DNA of 64,000 nucleotides from Adineta vaga (GCA_021613535.1 CP075497.1:11904001-11968000); one strand, 5' to 3'; counted from the first letter of the stretch, positions 1 through 14,173 are shown. Numbers and translations are program-made. The notes: generated from the letters alone by a model not told the origin.

Positions 1-137
1 GTAATGGATATCCATATCCTGCTGAACAATGTTTGATGACAAATCAATTTGGACGTGCATCAGGCAATGCTCCAAGATATACATCATGCGACATTCAAAT
101 GATGAATTTTTTCACATCAAATTCTTCCTGTAACTAA
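1..137 (+). CDS. 3' end of a gene truncated by the window edge; possibly an M12B/reprolysin-like metalloprotease C-terminus
   Basis: Frame 3 reads NGYPYPAEQCLMTNQFGRASGNAPRYTSCDIQMMNFFTSNSSCN* (TAA 135-137). 'CLM...YTSC' resembles the Met-turn plus FS.CS segment of reprolysins, but the fragment is too short to be sure. Confidence 0.4.
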   Translation, partial: NGYPYPAEQCLMTNQFGRASGNAPRYTSCDIQMMNFFTSNSSCN

Positions 138-494
138 ATTTTGATCTATTAAACAAACATATGGGATATTTCGGGATTTATTTATTGATATTGGTATATA
201 GGTATTATTTATTCCTCTTTATATATGAAAATAAATTTGGTTGAAAACTGCACGCGAACGGAGTTTAGTTTTCTTGAATGCCATCTCACCTTAGGATATT
301 TTCAATAGATTGAAAAGGAATAATTGATATAAATAGTTTCTTATATTCCTCGTTGATTGTCATTTATAGAACAAATTTGAAATTCATCTGTCGGAAGAAA
401 CTTGTCAAACAGAATTGGTTGCTACGAATTTGATTTTTTCTATTTAAAACTTACTTCATTCTTTTTTTTCTCTTTTTATTCAAAACGATACTTA

Positions 495-1277
495 ATGGCA
501 ACAGAGTTACCATTTGATTTTCTCTTATGTAATTCTCGAAAGAATATTGTACCATCAGTAGATCAAAGATCGCTCAAAGTTCGTTCTCGTAGTGCTGATC
601 AGATATATCAAGATCGAAGAATGATTTATCGAAATCAAGTCGAAACAAATCGTCGAGATCTTTTCGTTTCATTAATGGAAAAAGAACTTCATCAAAAACA
701 AACAACACAACGAATACGTACATTACGTTTCTTAAATAATTTACATCGAAAACATCCCTTAGCCAATGATTTTCTTCCTCAAATATTATCTTCTGATCCC
801 ATTGATCTTCTCGATCAAATAGATATCTATTCTTTTCATATACGAAAAAATCATTCAAATGAATCTCCACTAAAACAAGCAATCTCCAAGCATTCATCTG
901 AAATAACACAGAAGATATCGAGTAAATGAATATTAGATATATCATTACTTGATTATTATCAGATTCTTTCAGATGAAAAAACAGAAGCATTGACATCCAA
1001 AGATCAACAACGTTTTACCAGTCGACGAGAAAATGACCAAAGTCTTTTTCCAAGACGTTATCAACAATTACAATTCGCTCGTCGTACTCATCAAGTAACA
1101 AAATATAAACCAACTACTGAAGAAATTAACAATGTAATACGAAGAACTAAACTCGAACGTGTTCGATCCGCATATCAAGCAGTAACACAAACGAAAATCA
1201 AAGATCTTTATCAAACTCAACAACAAATAAAAAATGCACATCTTTCAACACGTATCGATCGGTTTTTAAAACAATAA
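495..1277 (+). CDS. Uncharacterised basic protein (~243 aa), 2 exons
   Basis: ATG 495 (MATELPFDFLL...). GT-AG intron 922-972 joins ORF 402..929 in frame to ORF 990..1277. Confidence 0.7.
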
Positions 1278-1664
1278 ACAACTATCCAACAGGATATTCT
1301 TTCTTGATGATATAGTATTGATAACAACTCTTAATATAATATAAACCTCTTTAACTGTATTCATATCAAATTTCAAAAATAAGATATACACATATGAGGC
1401 ATGATTGACATATAAATTAATATCTTCCATTCTGAAATCAAATCTCAATGTTGAATAGAAATGTTTGTCATCATATACAAATAAACATATGCTTGTAGTT
1501 TCTTTCTATCTCTTGTCAATCAAAAAGAAGATGATGACTTCCAGCAGAGATATTCTACTCTCTTCTTCTGATTTTCTACTGGTTTCTATAATACATTAAC
1601 GATAGATGTACAACAGATTGAGAGAAGAGGAAGAGAAAAACAAGATACGATGTAAAACGAGAAA

Positions 1665-1684
1665 GTGTGTGTGTGTGTGTGTGT
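1665..1684. repeat. (GT)10 microsatellite
   Basis: Run of GT dinucleotides visible directly. Confidence 0.9.
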
Positions 1685-1895
1685 ATAAGTATAAGACGTG
1701 GGAGGAAATATTGTATTGTTGAATCTATGCATGTAGGCCGATTGAGTTGGAGAAGAGACAACGATGGTAAAAGAATAAAAACCAGATGAGATGAGAGGTG
1801 ATGGAAAGGCGACGAGACAATAATCAAGAACAAAACAACAATCCTATCAACGATAACAAATCAGAACTTCATATTTGTCGTTTTTACTAAACAGA

Positions 1896-2495
1896 ATGGT
1901 CGATGTTATACAACAACAATGTAATAATAATGATCAACAAGAACAAAAACAGTCAACTTCGAATAATAGTAATGATACATCAACATTACTGATGGATCAA
2001 ATACAAGAACAACTAGTATGTTTCGAAATATCTAATTGTTTAGACTATTGCTGGAATGGAGAGTTTATCATATTAAGAATAGATTATTTGTGAGAAACTT
2101 CGAATATTGATTCTTATCAAACATTAACGGAGTTAAAAAATTGTACAATAATCTTTCTAAATATATTATCCATCGAGTAGATAATCTTGTGAATGAAATA
2201 GATACAATTTACGAGACTCATTTGTTTTTAAAATGTTTTTGTATTTCAGATCCTAATGCGTCAAGATGATGATGAGTTGACAGAAAAACTAATGTCTGTT
2301 TACAATGGTCTGTGTCAACTTCGACAATCTATGACAACTCCTCAGCTGAATTCCAATACAGATATTGCAGCAATACCAGCTGGACTCGATTCACCTTCTT
2401 TAAGTCGCTATCCTTCAAAACAACGATCAGATAGTGAACCAAATATTTTATCAGATCGTCAACGAATGATTACAGTGATAGAAGAACTACAGTAG
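1896..2495 (+). CDS. Small coiled-coil protein, weakly FAM167/FAM89/LURAP-like, 2 exons
   Basis: Exon 1896-2015, intron 2016-2249, exon 2250-2495 give ...LMDQIQEQL|ILMRQDDDELTEKLMSVYNGLCQLRQ..., similar to the L..MR..D..L...L helix of these families. Confidence 0.55.
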
Positions 2496-3779
2496 ATAAA
2501 AAGGAGGTAATGATATTGGAATATCTTGTAATTATTAGATAAAAAATAAATTTTTCTATCAATTTCTTCATGATATTACCAAGTCTATTTATGGTAATAA
2601 AAATAATCAATTTATAGACAAGAATTATCACTACGCAAACATTTCTGTGTTTAACCATCGAGAAAGATAATAGCAAAATGCTCGTATGAGAAATGATTAG
2701 CTAACTCAACATATCGATGTTACAGAGTTATATAATGATGGTGACGACAGATATTATGGTATAGCACAGGATATTCTTTAGTTTCTTGCAAGTGCATGAA
2801 ATATATCAAGTTCCTATTCAACAATTGATTATGAGGAAGAAACGAAATTTGATTTGAAATACATTGTTCAATACCTTAGTTGATATGGATATTAATTAGA
2901 ATGTTCATCTGTCTCTAAAAAGTCTTTAACAGAGTATATTTTGAAAACGATAATATTTCAATACGTATACTATGTACTATATACACACAACCAGTACAAG
3001 ACGTCTATGTTCATATGAATTGGCAAGCTTATTTTCAACATCATTATGTATAAAGTAAACAAATAAGAACAGTATGTTCATTCAAGAATGAGTTTAGCTC
3101 ATTTCTTTGAGCCGTTAATACGATATTTATATGTTTCCAACTTCAGTAACTTTTCTCATACTCTAAATATCGAAGAAAATCAGATTCATGTTGCGAATAG
3201 CACATAATACAGTGATTATTCTCGAAAAAAGTATAAAAATCATTAATCGATAGCACGATAATTATTAAATTGTTAATCAGACATGTCGAAGATGTCAATA
3301 TCCATGCGTGTACTAGCATCGCTCTATCCAAACTGGATTAAACTTTTACAATCAAATCCACAAATTCCACTCGAAATAATGCACTAAATTTATATAATCT
3401 CTATATTTTACATCTGAAGTCTTCTATGAAATTTTGCGAAGCTTATTTCAATGCGCACATTTCTTACATTTTTTCATTTGAATTTAAATTTCTGATAAGA
3501 AATCTTTTCTTTTTCTCACATCCGTAGAAAGGAGACATCTATTAATCAAAGTTCATATGAATTTTTTTTTCTTCTAAATCAAAGATATTTCTTTTCTCCT
3601 TATTGTAACAGTTCTCATGTGAGCGAGAAAGCAAGCATCAGCTTTTTTTTACTTTTTTTCTGCTGCTTTCACAGGAGAAGAGAAATTTTACAAGCTGAGT
3701 TAAGCAAAGTAAAGTAAAAGAAAAAAAAAAGAAGAAGAAGAGAAAGAAAACAATAGAGAGTTCTGTGCCATGCAACGTG

Positions 3780-5427
3780 ATGGACGCCGATAGTGACATG
3801 TACGGAGTAGACAGGAGCGGCTTTGTCGAAAGCTCTTATCAAGTTAATGATGATGTTACAATTCCTGTTTATGCAAATGTTCAATTATATCCATGTTCCA
3901 CCTGTGGTCGTTGTTTCAATGCAGAATCTTTGGTAAAGATAGATGAGAAATTTAAACGTAAAATTTAATGATTCATCTTGTTTTTTTTTCTAAATCATCA
4001 GCGTAAACATCAACCAGTATGTAAAAAAGGTACTCAAAAGCAACCGAGAAAAGTATTTGATACTGGTAAACAACGTGCTACCGATTCAGATGTGCCTTAC
4101 GTAGCAACCAAAGAAACAACGCAGGTTTGATAAACATTTTAAAAAAACTAATATTTTTTAAAGTATTTTATTCAAAAACAAAATTTCGTTGATTAATTTT
4201 TAGTTTTATCAAGAAGGTGTCAAACCCAAACAAGATTATCCAAAGAAAAGACCAAACAATTGGAGAGAAGGACATGATGCACTCGTGCGAACAATTCGAG
4301 AAGCACGACAAATAACACGAGCCATAGAAACCGGTGCCCCTTTACCCAAACAAACACCAGCACAAATTCCGACTGATTATGTTCAATGTGATTATTGTCA
4401 ACGTCATTTTAATAAACATTCAGCTGAACGACATATTCCTTTGTAAAATTTCTTCTCTTTTCGTTCACATATTTGGATCTTTCGCTTGTTTTCTCTTTAA
4501 TTCATTTTCAGTTGTGAAACTCAACATAAACGAAAACAAATGCATTCAACAATGAATACAACAGGAGCACCATCATCAGCTAATAATACACGAGCTGGAA
4601 CGGGAAATATTGGTCGTCAAGGACGTGTAAGTCGTATTACGATATTTAAAGAAAATTAGTTTTGATCATTATTTTTCTCTTCAGGGATACCAACAACAAC
4701 ATAGTAAGTAATTAAAAATAAACTAAAAGAAAAAAATTGTTTGATTTTCAGGTTATGAAACACCTGTTGGAAGTGCTAATAAGCACTATCAAATTAATTC
4801 AGCACCTTCAACATATGCAATCAGACGACCACAAAAGTAATAAATATCAATTGATTGATTGATTGAATAAGTAAAGAGAAAACTTTGTTTCTAGAAATAA
4901 TGATGAAAAAGAGTTTCGAAGACCACCTATTAATCCAAATACATTTAAAAAAACAAATTATGGTGAAGTAAAATTATACAAGAAAAAAAATCTCTTTGAA
5001 GATCATTACGGATATTGTTTTTTTTTAGACAGCAACAAATAATACGAATGGTACTCCACCTAAATATGGCAGTTATCGTTCAGCGAAAACACGAAGTGCT
5101 ACGAATAATTATGTACCGGGAATGATGCGTACTGGTCGAACATTGGAAAATGATGATTTGAATGTTTTGGCAGGAACCGGAAGAGGACAACAGAAAGTTG
5201 ATGCTTCACCACAATCACAACGGCGAACTGGAGGAATTAAAACACGATCACCAAGTCCAGCACGGCGACCATCATTGACGAATGGTGTTTCTCAACAACA
5301 ACCACAGAAAGCACGAACGCAAGCAGCATCAGCAGTAGCTAAGCATTGTCATGAATGTGGTGAAGCTTTTCCTGTTGAATGGGCTAAATTTTGTTGTGAG
5401 TGTGGTGAAAAACGTTTAGGCCTTTAG
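3780..5427 (+). CDS. ZC2HC1A: Zinc finger C2HC domain-containing protein 1A/B (FAM164), multi-exon
   Basis: First C2HC finger LYPCSTCGRCFNAESL|RKHQPVCKK..RKVFDTGKQRA (intron 3933-4001); second finger DYVQCDYCQRHFNKHSAERHIP; C-terminal KHCHECGEAFPVEWAKFCCECGEKRL. Confidence 0.92.
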
Positions 5428-5674
5428 TTTTTCTTTTCATATTCGTGTATTCAATCTAATTAAATGCTGTATATAAATGCAATGACATACAAATGATCTC
5501 TGATTGAACGTCAGAAATGTCTATTTCTTTATTTATTATTTATATTAAGAAATGGTCAGAAAGAAATATTCTCTCTTTCATCGAAAATTAAATTAATATT
5601 TTCTTTATACCGCGCTGAATAATTTCGATAGCTTTTTCCGTTTCGTTTTCGTTGTCATTATTTTTAATTAACAT

Positions 5675-6019
5675 ATGTCTTGTCAAAACGGTACGAAGTT
5701 TACTGAAAAGAATTGCTCTGAATCACGAAGTAATAGATTAGATAAATTTATCAAAGATTGTCAAGGTGGAACTGTTATATTACCCGAACGACAATTCAAC
5801 TGTCCATCTTGTGTTCAATCTAAAAAAACTCAGTGTCAAATACCATCATGGGCTAAACCTCCATGCGATGGTCAGCATAGAAATTTGTCAAATATTTGAT
5901 TTGATTTTTCTTTCATAGGCATCAAATGTTTCAATTGTCCTCCGAAATATCTTTGTTTTGATACAAGTTCTTGTCAGTTTGTTAACTTTGACGAAGATAT
6001 AAAACATAAATTGATATGA
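5675..6019 (+). CDS. Small cysteine-rich protein, 5' end uncertain
   Basis: Intron 5871-5918 gives ...DCQGGTVILPERQFNCPSCVQSKKTQCQIPSWAKPPCD|GIKCFNCPPKYLCFDTSSCQFVNFDEDIKHKLI* (TGA 6017-6019); 9 Cys in the core. Confidence 0.55.
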
Positions 6020-6279
6020 AAAACTACCTCTTATCATCAGTAGATAAGAGAATTATATCCAAAAAGATTTGATTGTTTGAATAGATTAAATTAATCTTCT
6101 TCTTTTTTTTTATAAATAATAAGTTAAAATACAAAGATTCCTATTAAACAGTTATAAACAACATACATGCATGTATTTGACGAAAATGATTCGTAATATG
6201 AAAACTTTCGTTACTATTTCGTAAGCACACATACAGTATCTGACACACACACTTTTTACAATCGAAAAACAAAAATATA

Positions 6280-7836
6280 CTAAGCATTGATCAATGTTTG
6301 TTGATATTGTGTTAGTTGACCTAAGAAATTGAAATTTGGATTAATAATACTTCGTCTATCTTTGACAAATTGATGCGCTTGTTCGAATGTTTTAGAATGA
6401 TATTTCATTAAATAACCCATAATAAATGATGGACTACGACTAACACCACCTTGACAATGAACAAGGATATTTTTCTTCGTTGATAATTTTTCCTGAATAT
6501 AATCAAATGTTGATTCAAAATACTGAAGAATATTTTGATTGGAAGAATCATGACAAGGTAATCGATAATAATCGAAAAGTTTGTCATTTTCAAAATAACA
6601 TGGAATTGATGTTGAAATGTTGATTATTGTATGAATATGATTGTTTTGTAAATTAGTAAGATCTTCAGCATCACGAGAACTTCCCAAGAAGAGACCAGGT
6701 AAAATTTCAGACATTGGAAATGTTTCAATATCTAAAGGTTTAACTGTTAATAGTGAAGAAGATGATAATGAAGATGATAGATCTTCATCGGTTGATGTAC
6801 TAATATAACATAGAGTTGGATAATGTTGATAGAATTCATCAAATGTAGATTGAAGAATAAGAATTCGTTTGTTCGAGTCATATCGTTTGATTTCATCATA
6901 AACACATTTCATTGAAGCTGAAAGTTGCGTTGGAATAGATGAATTGTTACATATAGATGATGAACGAAGAAAATCATCGTATAAAATAATGATATCATGA
7001 GTATTAAAACGATTCAATTGATTTGAATCTAAGAAATTTTTCAATCCACGAGTTGTCAAACGTTTTCGGGAAATTTTATCATTGACATTCAATAGAAATG
7101 AATTGGTAATTCGTCGTTCAGTATGTCGAAGTGGTGAACCACAGTCAATAATTAAAATTTGTCCATTTGTTATGTAAGCAGCTAATTCAGCAGACGTCAA
7201 ATGATTCGATCCGACATCATTGTCGATTTCTTTCTCAGTAACAGCGATAGGTTTTTGTGGACACACGAGCATATTTTTTTCTGTTATTGTTGTTGTTGTT
7301 GTTTTTGATGAGAGAGGAAAGTATGAAGTATTCATTTGTGCTGATGAAACGTTTTTTATATAGGTAAACGGAGCATGAGTAAGGCTCTGACGACGAAAAT
7401 GCTCGGGCGGAGAACGACAATGGTGTATGCTCTCGAAAAAACCAACGGTAGATGATTGCATCCCATGATGCTGATATTTATCCTTTGACTCATGGGCTAA
7501 GAAACCTATTGGATAGGAAAAATACTATTTTAATGTAGGTGAAGGAAGAAAGTAAAAGAACAAACGAGAATGTAGTCGAACAAAACAGTCATGAAATTTT
7601 GTTTTTTTATCTAAACTGGTTATCGAATTTTTTTTTATGGTGTAATAATTACCTAGTTTGGTTTTTTTATGATAAGTATTATTGTCATCCGAATATTTCG
7701 TAAAAGAATTTGAATAATCGTTTTGTTCACTTAAAAGACGTTTTCGACCTGACATATTTAATTGATGCTTGTCATTTGAAAGATGAATATTTGATGATAA
7801 TTGATTGGAAGGTTTTGTGATGACAAATGTAAGCAT
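6280..7836 (-). CDS. MAP-kinase phosphatase (rhodanese + dual-specificity phosphatase; DUSP10/MKP-like), 2 exons
   Basis: Catalytic VHCQGGVSRS, INPNFNFLGQL, rhodanese LIIDC and KIM-like ISRKRL. ORF 7525..7836 splices (intron 7506-7652) in frame onto ORF 6280..7461. Confidence 0.93.
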
Positions 7837-8629
7837 AATTTTGTAGATTGAAATCTAAAGAAAATAATCATTCATATATATGTATATATAGAGAGAGAAG
7901 TATCGTAACACACGATTTCTTTTTTCTTTCCTCATAATACAAAAACAAACGGTCGACATGGAACTACACAATTACTCATGTTTTATTTCTTGTTGCTAAT
8001 AAACAATCAAAATCGAAACCTATGAAGGAGGCGTTTTTATTCATCTACTTGACTAATGATCTGTTTAGATTCTAAACAAAAGAAATAGATACAATCATTG
8101 TCGTTTTTGTCTATGACTAATTCTTAACTAGAACAGAGACAAACTAAATCGGTTTATATTCGCATCGACATCATTGTGTGAAATTGACTCATACTCAACA
8201 GATGAAACTACACCTTCTCTTTATTTAATAACGAATAAGTTGCCTCGTTTATATATATATATATATTATGAAGAAAAAGTGCATCGACGGTGGTGATGGA
8301 AGGTCTCTGCCTTGAGTTTACTTTCCGTACCAAAAGAATGTGACCTATAAGACGATGACGAAGCAGAACTCGTTCTTTAATTATGTACTTTTCTTCTGCT
8401 CATGAAAATTTGAGCTTTGATCAGCTTCATGTAATAATTCATTCATAAAAACGAAATAGAAGACAAACAAAATTCGAAAGAAAATATTTATATTTGAAAA
8501 TAAATTGATTTTTATTAGAAACTACTGACACCTTTTGACAAAAGATGCAAGAGCACACAGCAACAATAATAATAGTGTCATGTATTTATTCCCTTAGTAA
8601 CACAATTGTGAAAAACTATTTAGTGATTA

Positions 8630-9333
8630 ATGGCTTCATCTCATGAGCGTCCATCCGCAAAACTTTGTCCAAAAACAATCGATCCATTTTCTAATTCAAC
8701 AAGAAAATCACCTTTTTTAAATGCATTTCTATCCGGACGTATTCCTTGTCGTCTCGTTCATAGTTCTGTACGAAATCGTTTAGCATGGAGTACATCTATT
8801 GACGAACTTAATTACGATCCTTTACTTGTTTTATTAGCAGAAGGTTTACGTGAAACAGATCATCCACTTCCATTTATTAGTCGTCAAGGCTTCACGGAAT
8901 TAATGTTAAATGCCAATGCACCACCAAAAGTTATTCCAATTCTACCGAATTTAATCAATCCTATTAAACTAGCACTAAGTTCAGATAATGATGAAATCTT
9001 TGAAGGTGCTTTGAATGCTTTAACACATTTAAGTACAGTTGTGAAAGCAGAATTAGATAAATATTTAAAAACATATTTAAGTATTGTAAGTAGGAAGATC
9101 AGAGAGAAAACAAATCTTTAAAGAATTTTGTTTTAGTTGGCTAAACGAATGGCAAATCGAAAATTTCGAGATATGGTAACAAATACATTGAATACGTTCG
9201 AAGAAAATGGTGGCAAAGTAAATTGAAATCGAATTCTTTTTCTTATTGAAAGAATATCTTCGTTATGATTTTCTAGGATGTTTTGGTAATTATTAAATCA
9301 AAAATACCAACATATTGTAGTATACATATTTGA
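8630..9333 (+). CDS. PACRGL: PACRG-like protein, 3 exons
   Basis: RPSAKLCPKTIDPF, GRIPCRLVHSSVRNRLAW, YDPLLVLLAEGLRETDHP; ends FEENGGK|...IKSKIPTYCSIHI* (TGA 9331-9333). Confidence 0.92.
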
Positions 9334-9522
9334 AAAAAAAGAGAATTTATGCATTTCGTGATTATCAAGTTGATGTAAAATGTGATGAATTGTTTTTCAA
9401 ATGTATTTTTTCAATAAATTTGATTTGTGAAAGATAAATCATATTTCTTTTGTCATGATCGAACACATCTCAACAAAATAGTTTTATTTTGTCAACAAAA
9501 CAATGAAATTCTAACAAAATGT

Positions 9523-9830
9523 TCATTTCTTTGTTTTTTGTTTCGCCGTTTGATTTTCTTCCTAAAACAAAACAAAATTCAAATCTTAACAAACGATTCT
9601 ACCCTATCCTACTTGTTTCTTCGATTGATCTTCATATAATTTATCAACTTGTTTTACACTATCTCGTACTCGTTCGTTCAACTAAACAAAAATACTTCCA
9701 TGAAAAAATGCCTTGTTTTTCTTCTTTATCTCACTCGTTTCAGATTGGTTTTTACTGCCTTTGGTTTTTTATTCTGCTGTTGTTGTTTAACTTTCGCCTT
9801 TTGTGCAATAGCTCGATTTTGTTTTCCCAT
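9523..9830 (-). CDS. Small basic protein (67 aa) resembling ribosomal biogenesis factor RBIS/C8orf59; not in ORF track
   Basis: Exons 9830-9735, 9681-9613 and 9561-9523 with canonical phase-0 introns: MGKQNRAIAQKAKVKQQQQNKKPKAVKTNLKR|LNERVRDSVKQVDKLYEDQSKKQ|EENQTAKQKTKK*. KPKAVKTNLKR resembles the RBIS KAKPVTTNLKK motif. Confidence 0.7.
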
Positions 9831-10046
9831 TTTTCTTTTTTTTCAAAAATCTAAAATATCTTTTAACATTGATTACTCATCTCTTCTTTTCCTTCATAAT
9901 TCGCCAACAAAAAAAAAACAAAAAAAAGCAAAAGATGTTTTTCTTATATAGAGAATAGACATCCTCAACGTATCGTATTTACAAACATGCAACACACTGT
10001 TCTAATCGGATTGCGCAAAAATATCGTTTTGTTTTTGAATTATTGA

Positions 10047-13000
10047 CTAGAGGGAATCCATTTGTTGCACGTTAAAGATCATCTTATGAATTTGAAGACG
10101 TTGACTTGGATTATCATGATGGGATAATAATGCTGTACGTAAATGAGTTATTAAATCATGACGAATTGATGTTATTAACAATCCGATCAATTCATCTGAG
10201 AATTAAATGAAATTTTCAAAAAATTTTGAACAGAAAACATGCAAATAAAGTTACCGGGAATTTTAAATTGATATTCTTCTAATAATTTACTGAAGATTTC
10301 ATCGTTATTTAACGTGCGTCGATTGAATAATAAGGAAAGTTGAGGATAATTTTGATTCAAAATTAAATTCGAAAGATTTTTTGAAAGATTAACTAAATCA
10401 ATCGAAAATTAAGATTAGAATTCGAATCGATAGGATTTTACTTTGCTCATTTGCTAATTGAATCTCTTTTTCAAGATCTGATCGATCTTTTTTTAGAAGA
10501 AACCAAATTTGAATAAGAGTTATCGATTTTGGACGTGTAAAATTCGTTTGAAATGGAAGGCAACAAAGATTATATAATAAATATTCCGCGACATCTGTAT
10601 AGAAAATCAACATAACAATATTCCAGAAAATAAACGTTTCTACCTTGACTACAATTGAAATATTTCATAATTTCATTCAAACATTGATCAAAAGATAGAA
10701 TTAATTTATCATTCACACGAGAATTCGACCAAAAATCAACAATCGGTTGATCACATTGTGATAATACTAAAACAAAAACAAATGATGAATCGATCGAAAG
10801 ATTCGAAGAAAGAAATGTACCTTGTTGAACATTCTGTATCTGATTTTCACACCATGATAGTGCCATTTTTAATTGATCATATTGATCTTGAAGTCGTTCG
10901 AGAAGAAGATTATCATCAGATTTCGATCGATTTTGAATATACTGAAGATAGATAGAGGAGAAAAGAAATGAAATGATTGGCTAAAGGAAATGATAATTTA
11001 CATGAAGAAGAATTAAAATTCGATGAAGAATATCGACAAACATTCGATTCATGATTTGATTTGTATTTGATTTAATATTTTCATTTTGTTTTACTTGTTG
11101 TTCACCTTCAAAACCTGAATCAATTGTTTTCGATGTATCTTCATCGTCAATAGCATTTAAAAAATTGAAATCACCAAGAATTGTTTCGATTTCTAATGTT
11201 GTTTCTGTTTGTTTACGAATTTGAAGTTTTATCATTTGATCTAAATCATTTATAATCTGTTCAATTCTTTCGAATATCATTGAAAATGATTGATTAATCA
11301 AACGTAAATCATCTAAACATGTTCGAACTTGATCAATAAGTAAATCAAGTTCATACATCGATTCTTCTTCTTCTTCTTCTTCTTCGGCGATTTCTGCTTG
11401 ACAATATTCATTCGATGCGGCAGAAGAGATTTCATCCGAATTCAAACCAGCAGCAAATGAAGAAGATGAATACGATGAAGAACGTGTATCATCATGAACA
11501 AGTATATTTTCCGAAACCTAAAATGAATTTGCAAAATGATTTTTCTTAATAAACAATGAATTACTTCTTCGATTTTATTATCTAAATTAATTTCATCATA
11601 ATGATTCGTTTCATCTGTTAATGGAGTATAGGCTAAATATTCGTGATTATTCTCTTCGGTATTCATTGGATAGAGTGTTGATAAACGATTTGATGAAGAA
11701 GATGATGAGGAAGAAGAAAGTGTATCATTAACAGTTCGAAGTAATGTTGTATTTCCAACAAACATTGACCATGTTCGTGTAACATCATTATAAGTTCGAT
11801 TGGGATTGTAAAATGTGAATTTAGTATCAACTTGATCGTATAAACTAAAAAAAGATTCATATGAAAAGGATTATTCAAGTGAAATTAAACTTTAGCCAAG
11901 GTTATCTTTAAGTAAAAGAAATTGTTCTCCAGGGAATTGACTAACACACCGGAAATTGCGTTGTTTTATTTTTAGAAGAAGAAGAAAAAAAAATGCAATC
12001 TGATGGATGAAGATTATCATGATAATCTGTTTCGAAGGAAAAAGTCAATCGAATGAAATAAATAAACTTACTCCCAATGAATTAAAAACATTAATTTAAT
12101 AGTTCCACTTTGATTGGCATTAACTATCATTCGTTGTGGTTCCATTGAATAGAAATTATTAACTTCGAAACATTTCGTTCCGATAGTTTTCAATGACACA
12201 CCTAATAATTTGACTTCATTGATTTTAATCAATAATAAATCAGCTAATTTAGCTTTTAAATGAAATATTTGTCGTGTCCAGATTTGTTCATTTCTATCAT
12301 GTTTACGTATTCGACCACGTGTTTTCCATTTCTGTTGACCATAACGAATAACAACTTCATATTCATCTCCTGGACATATTCGTGAAAATCCACTTATTTC
12401 TTGTAAATTCAAAACAAATGTTCCTAACATTGCTTCTAATTGAGCTTCAATTGCACATAAAGTCTATACAATCAAAAGAAGATACAGATCTTGTTAACAT
12501 TATTCCTTCTGATAGATAGATATGTAAATAAGAACTAATAACTCTGATAAAGAATTCTTTTGCCTTCGAAATGTCATCGTTAGAAATGATTAGATCATAT
12601 TATTTTTTGCTTATATAAGAAATGAAACTAACTTGAGTGCATTCTTTCAAACCCAATTTGACTTGATCGATTGAATCTCGTTTAGTTGATGTTTGTTGAT
12701 ATGCATTGAACATTGTTCGTGCTCCATCAAGCATATGTGCATAACGATAATAACAGTCTTTTAAACTTTGTAATGAAGCTGTATGTGCTTGGAGTTTTAA
12801 ATAAGCAACTTGAGATTCATGTAATTGCTTTTAATCAAAGAGAAAGAAAAGAATAAGTAGAAGCAAGAAAAAAAAAGAAAGATGAGTAGACTTTACTCGT
12901 GCTAATTGATGATTTTCATTTTCAACAGATTGAATAAGTTGATCAATGTGATATTTAGATTTTCTACTATGTTCTTCTAAAACATTTAAAACACTTTCAA

Positions 13001-13236
13001 GTGTTTTTAATGTTCGTGTTATACGTGGTACTTTTGGAATTGATGTTTGAGTTAATTGTGCTTGTTTTCTTAAGCGTGTTAAATCAATTTGTTCTTGACC
13101 AAGAATTTCAGCTAAATGAAAAAACAAACGAACTTCATTCGAATTATTCCCAAGTTAATTACGTACGTATTGAATGTGTTGTATTATTCATTATTAACGA
13201 ACGTTTATTCAATGGTGTTAGTCGATTACTCGACAT
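10047..13236 (-). CDS. RIPOR: RIPOR/FAM65 family Rho-interacting cell polarization regulator, multi-exon
   Basis: ESQVAYLKLQAH..LQSLKDCYYRYAHMLDGARTM; LCAIEAQLEAMLGTFVLNLQEISGFSRICPGDEYEVVIRYGQQKWKTRGRI (FAM65 N-terminal domain). Stop TAG at 10047-10049. Confidence 0.85.
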
Positions 13237-14173
13237 TGTTGTATTTTGTCTGAAATATGTAGATAGAAAAAGAATGTGTAAACGAACAGATTCCTTTGCT
13301 ATTCTTTTTGCTTCTGTGTGTGTCTATATGTAACTTTCTCGTGTTATATTTTAGCTCAGAATGTATAATCACTTGTCATTGAAAGGCAACTCTCTCTTTT
13401 TTTTTCTTCTTACATCATAAGAGAGTGTAGACAGATGAGATGAAGCCGATGGAAAGTACTATATACTACAGTCAACCACTCGATTCTTCACACTTGTTCT
13501 ATTCTCTATTGACAATGATGAATGATGTCCATGAGCTTATGAATAAGTACGTCATTCAAATATAAAACAAGACATTGAACTTTCAATTTGACTTCTAGGC
13601 TATTATAGAAGAAAAGAAAAGAATGTTATTAACAAATGACCTTAAAAAGAGTTTATTTAAAAATATTTTTATTTATTCCGGTTTCTTCTTCTTCTAAAGT
13701 ATATACCTCTCATAGTTCATATCGACATCATTGAAATATTTCTTTTCTTTTTTTTTACAAATGAAGGACAAAGAAAAAAACACTCCCGACCTTGTACAAT
13801 AAAACACGAAATAGATCAGTTGAAAATGTTTAGTTCCTTAGCCAATGATTACGAACAATTCATTTGTCTTTTTTATGACTTCAAATGACATCTGTTGTAG
13901 AAATTCGTTAGCAAATCATTATTCAGCAATGAAATTTCGATATAAAATCTTCACATCTCCAGAAAATACCATTCTCTTCAAAAGTGATGATGATTCAACG
14001 AAAAAAAAAGGAATTGATGAAGATAAAAGTCGGACGAATGACTTTTCAAAGTCATAGAATTTCTTTTAATCATAAAAAACGAATGTCACATAGAAGATTT
14101 TTATAACAATTAACTTCTTCTTTCTTTCCTATGAACAATAAGTGAATCTTTTTCTTCTAGATCACCGATTGTT

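Noticed and set aside
574-996. 140-aa minus-strand ORF
   Set aside because: Overlaps the spliced plus-strand gene and has no recognisable motif; shadow ORF.
7525-7836. Separate 103-aa gene upstream of the DUSP
   Set aside because: Splices in frame onto the DUSP ORF, so it is exon 1.
9427-9951. Plus-strand hydrophobic/Cys ORFs resembling small membrane proteins
   Set aside because: Antisense shadow of the Lys/Gln-rich RBIS-like gene, which has canonical splice sites on the minus strand.
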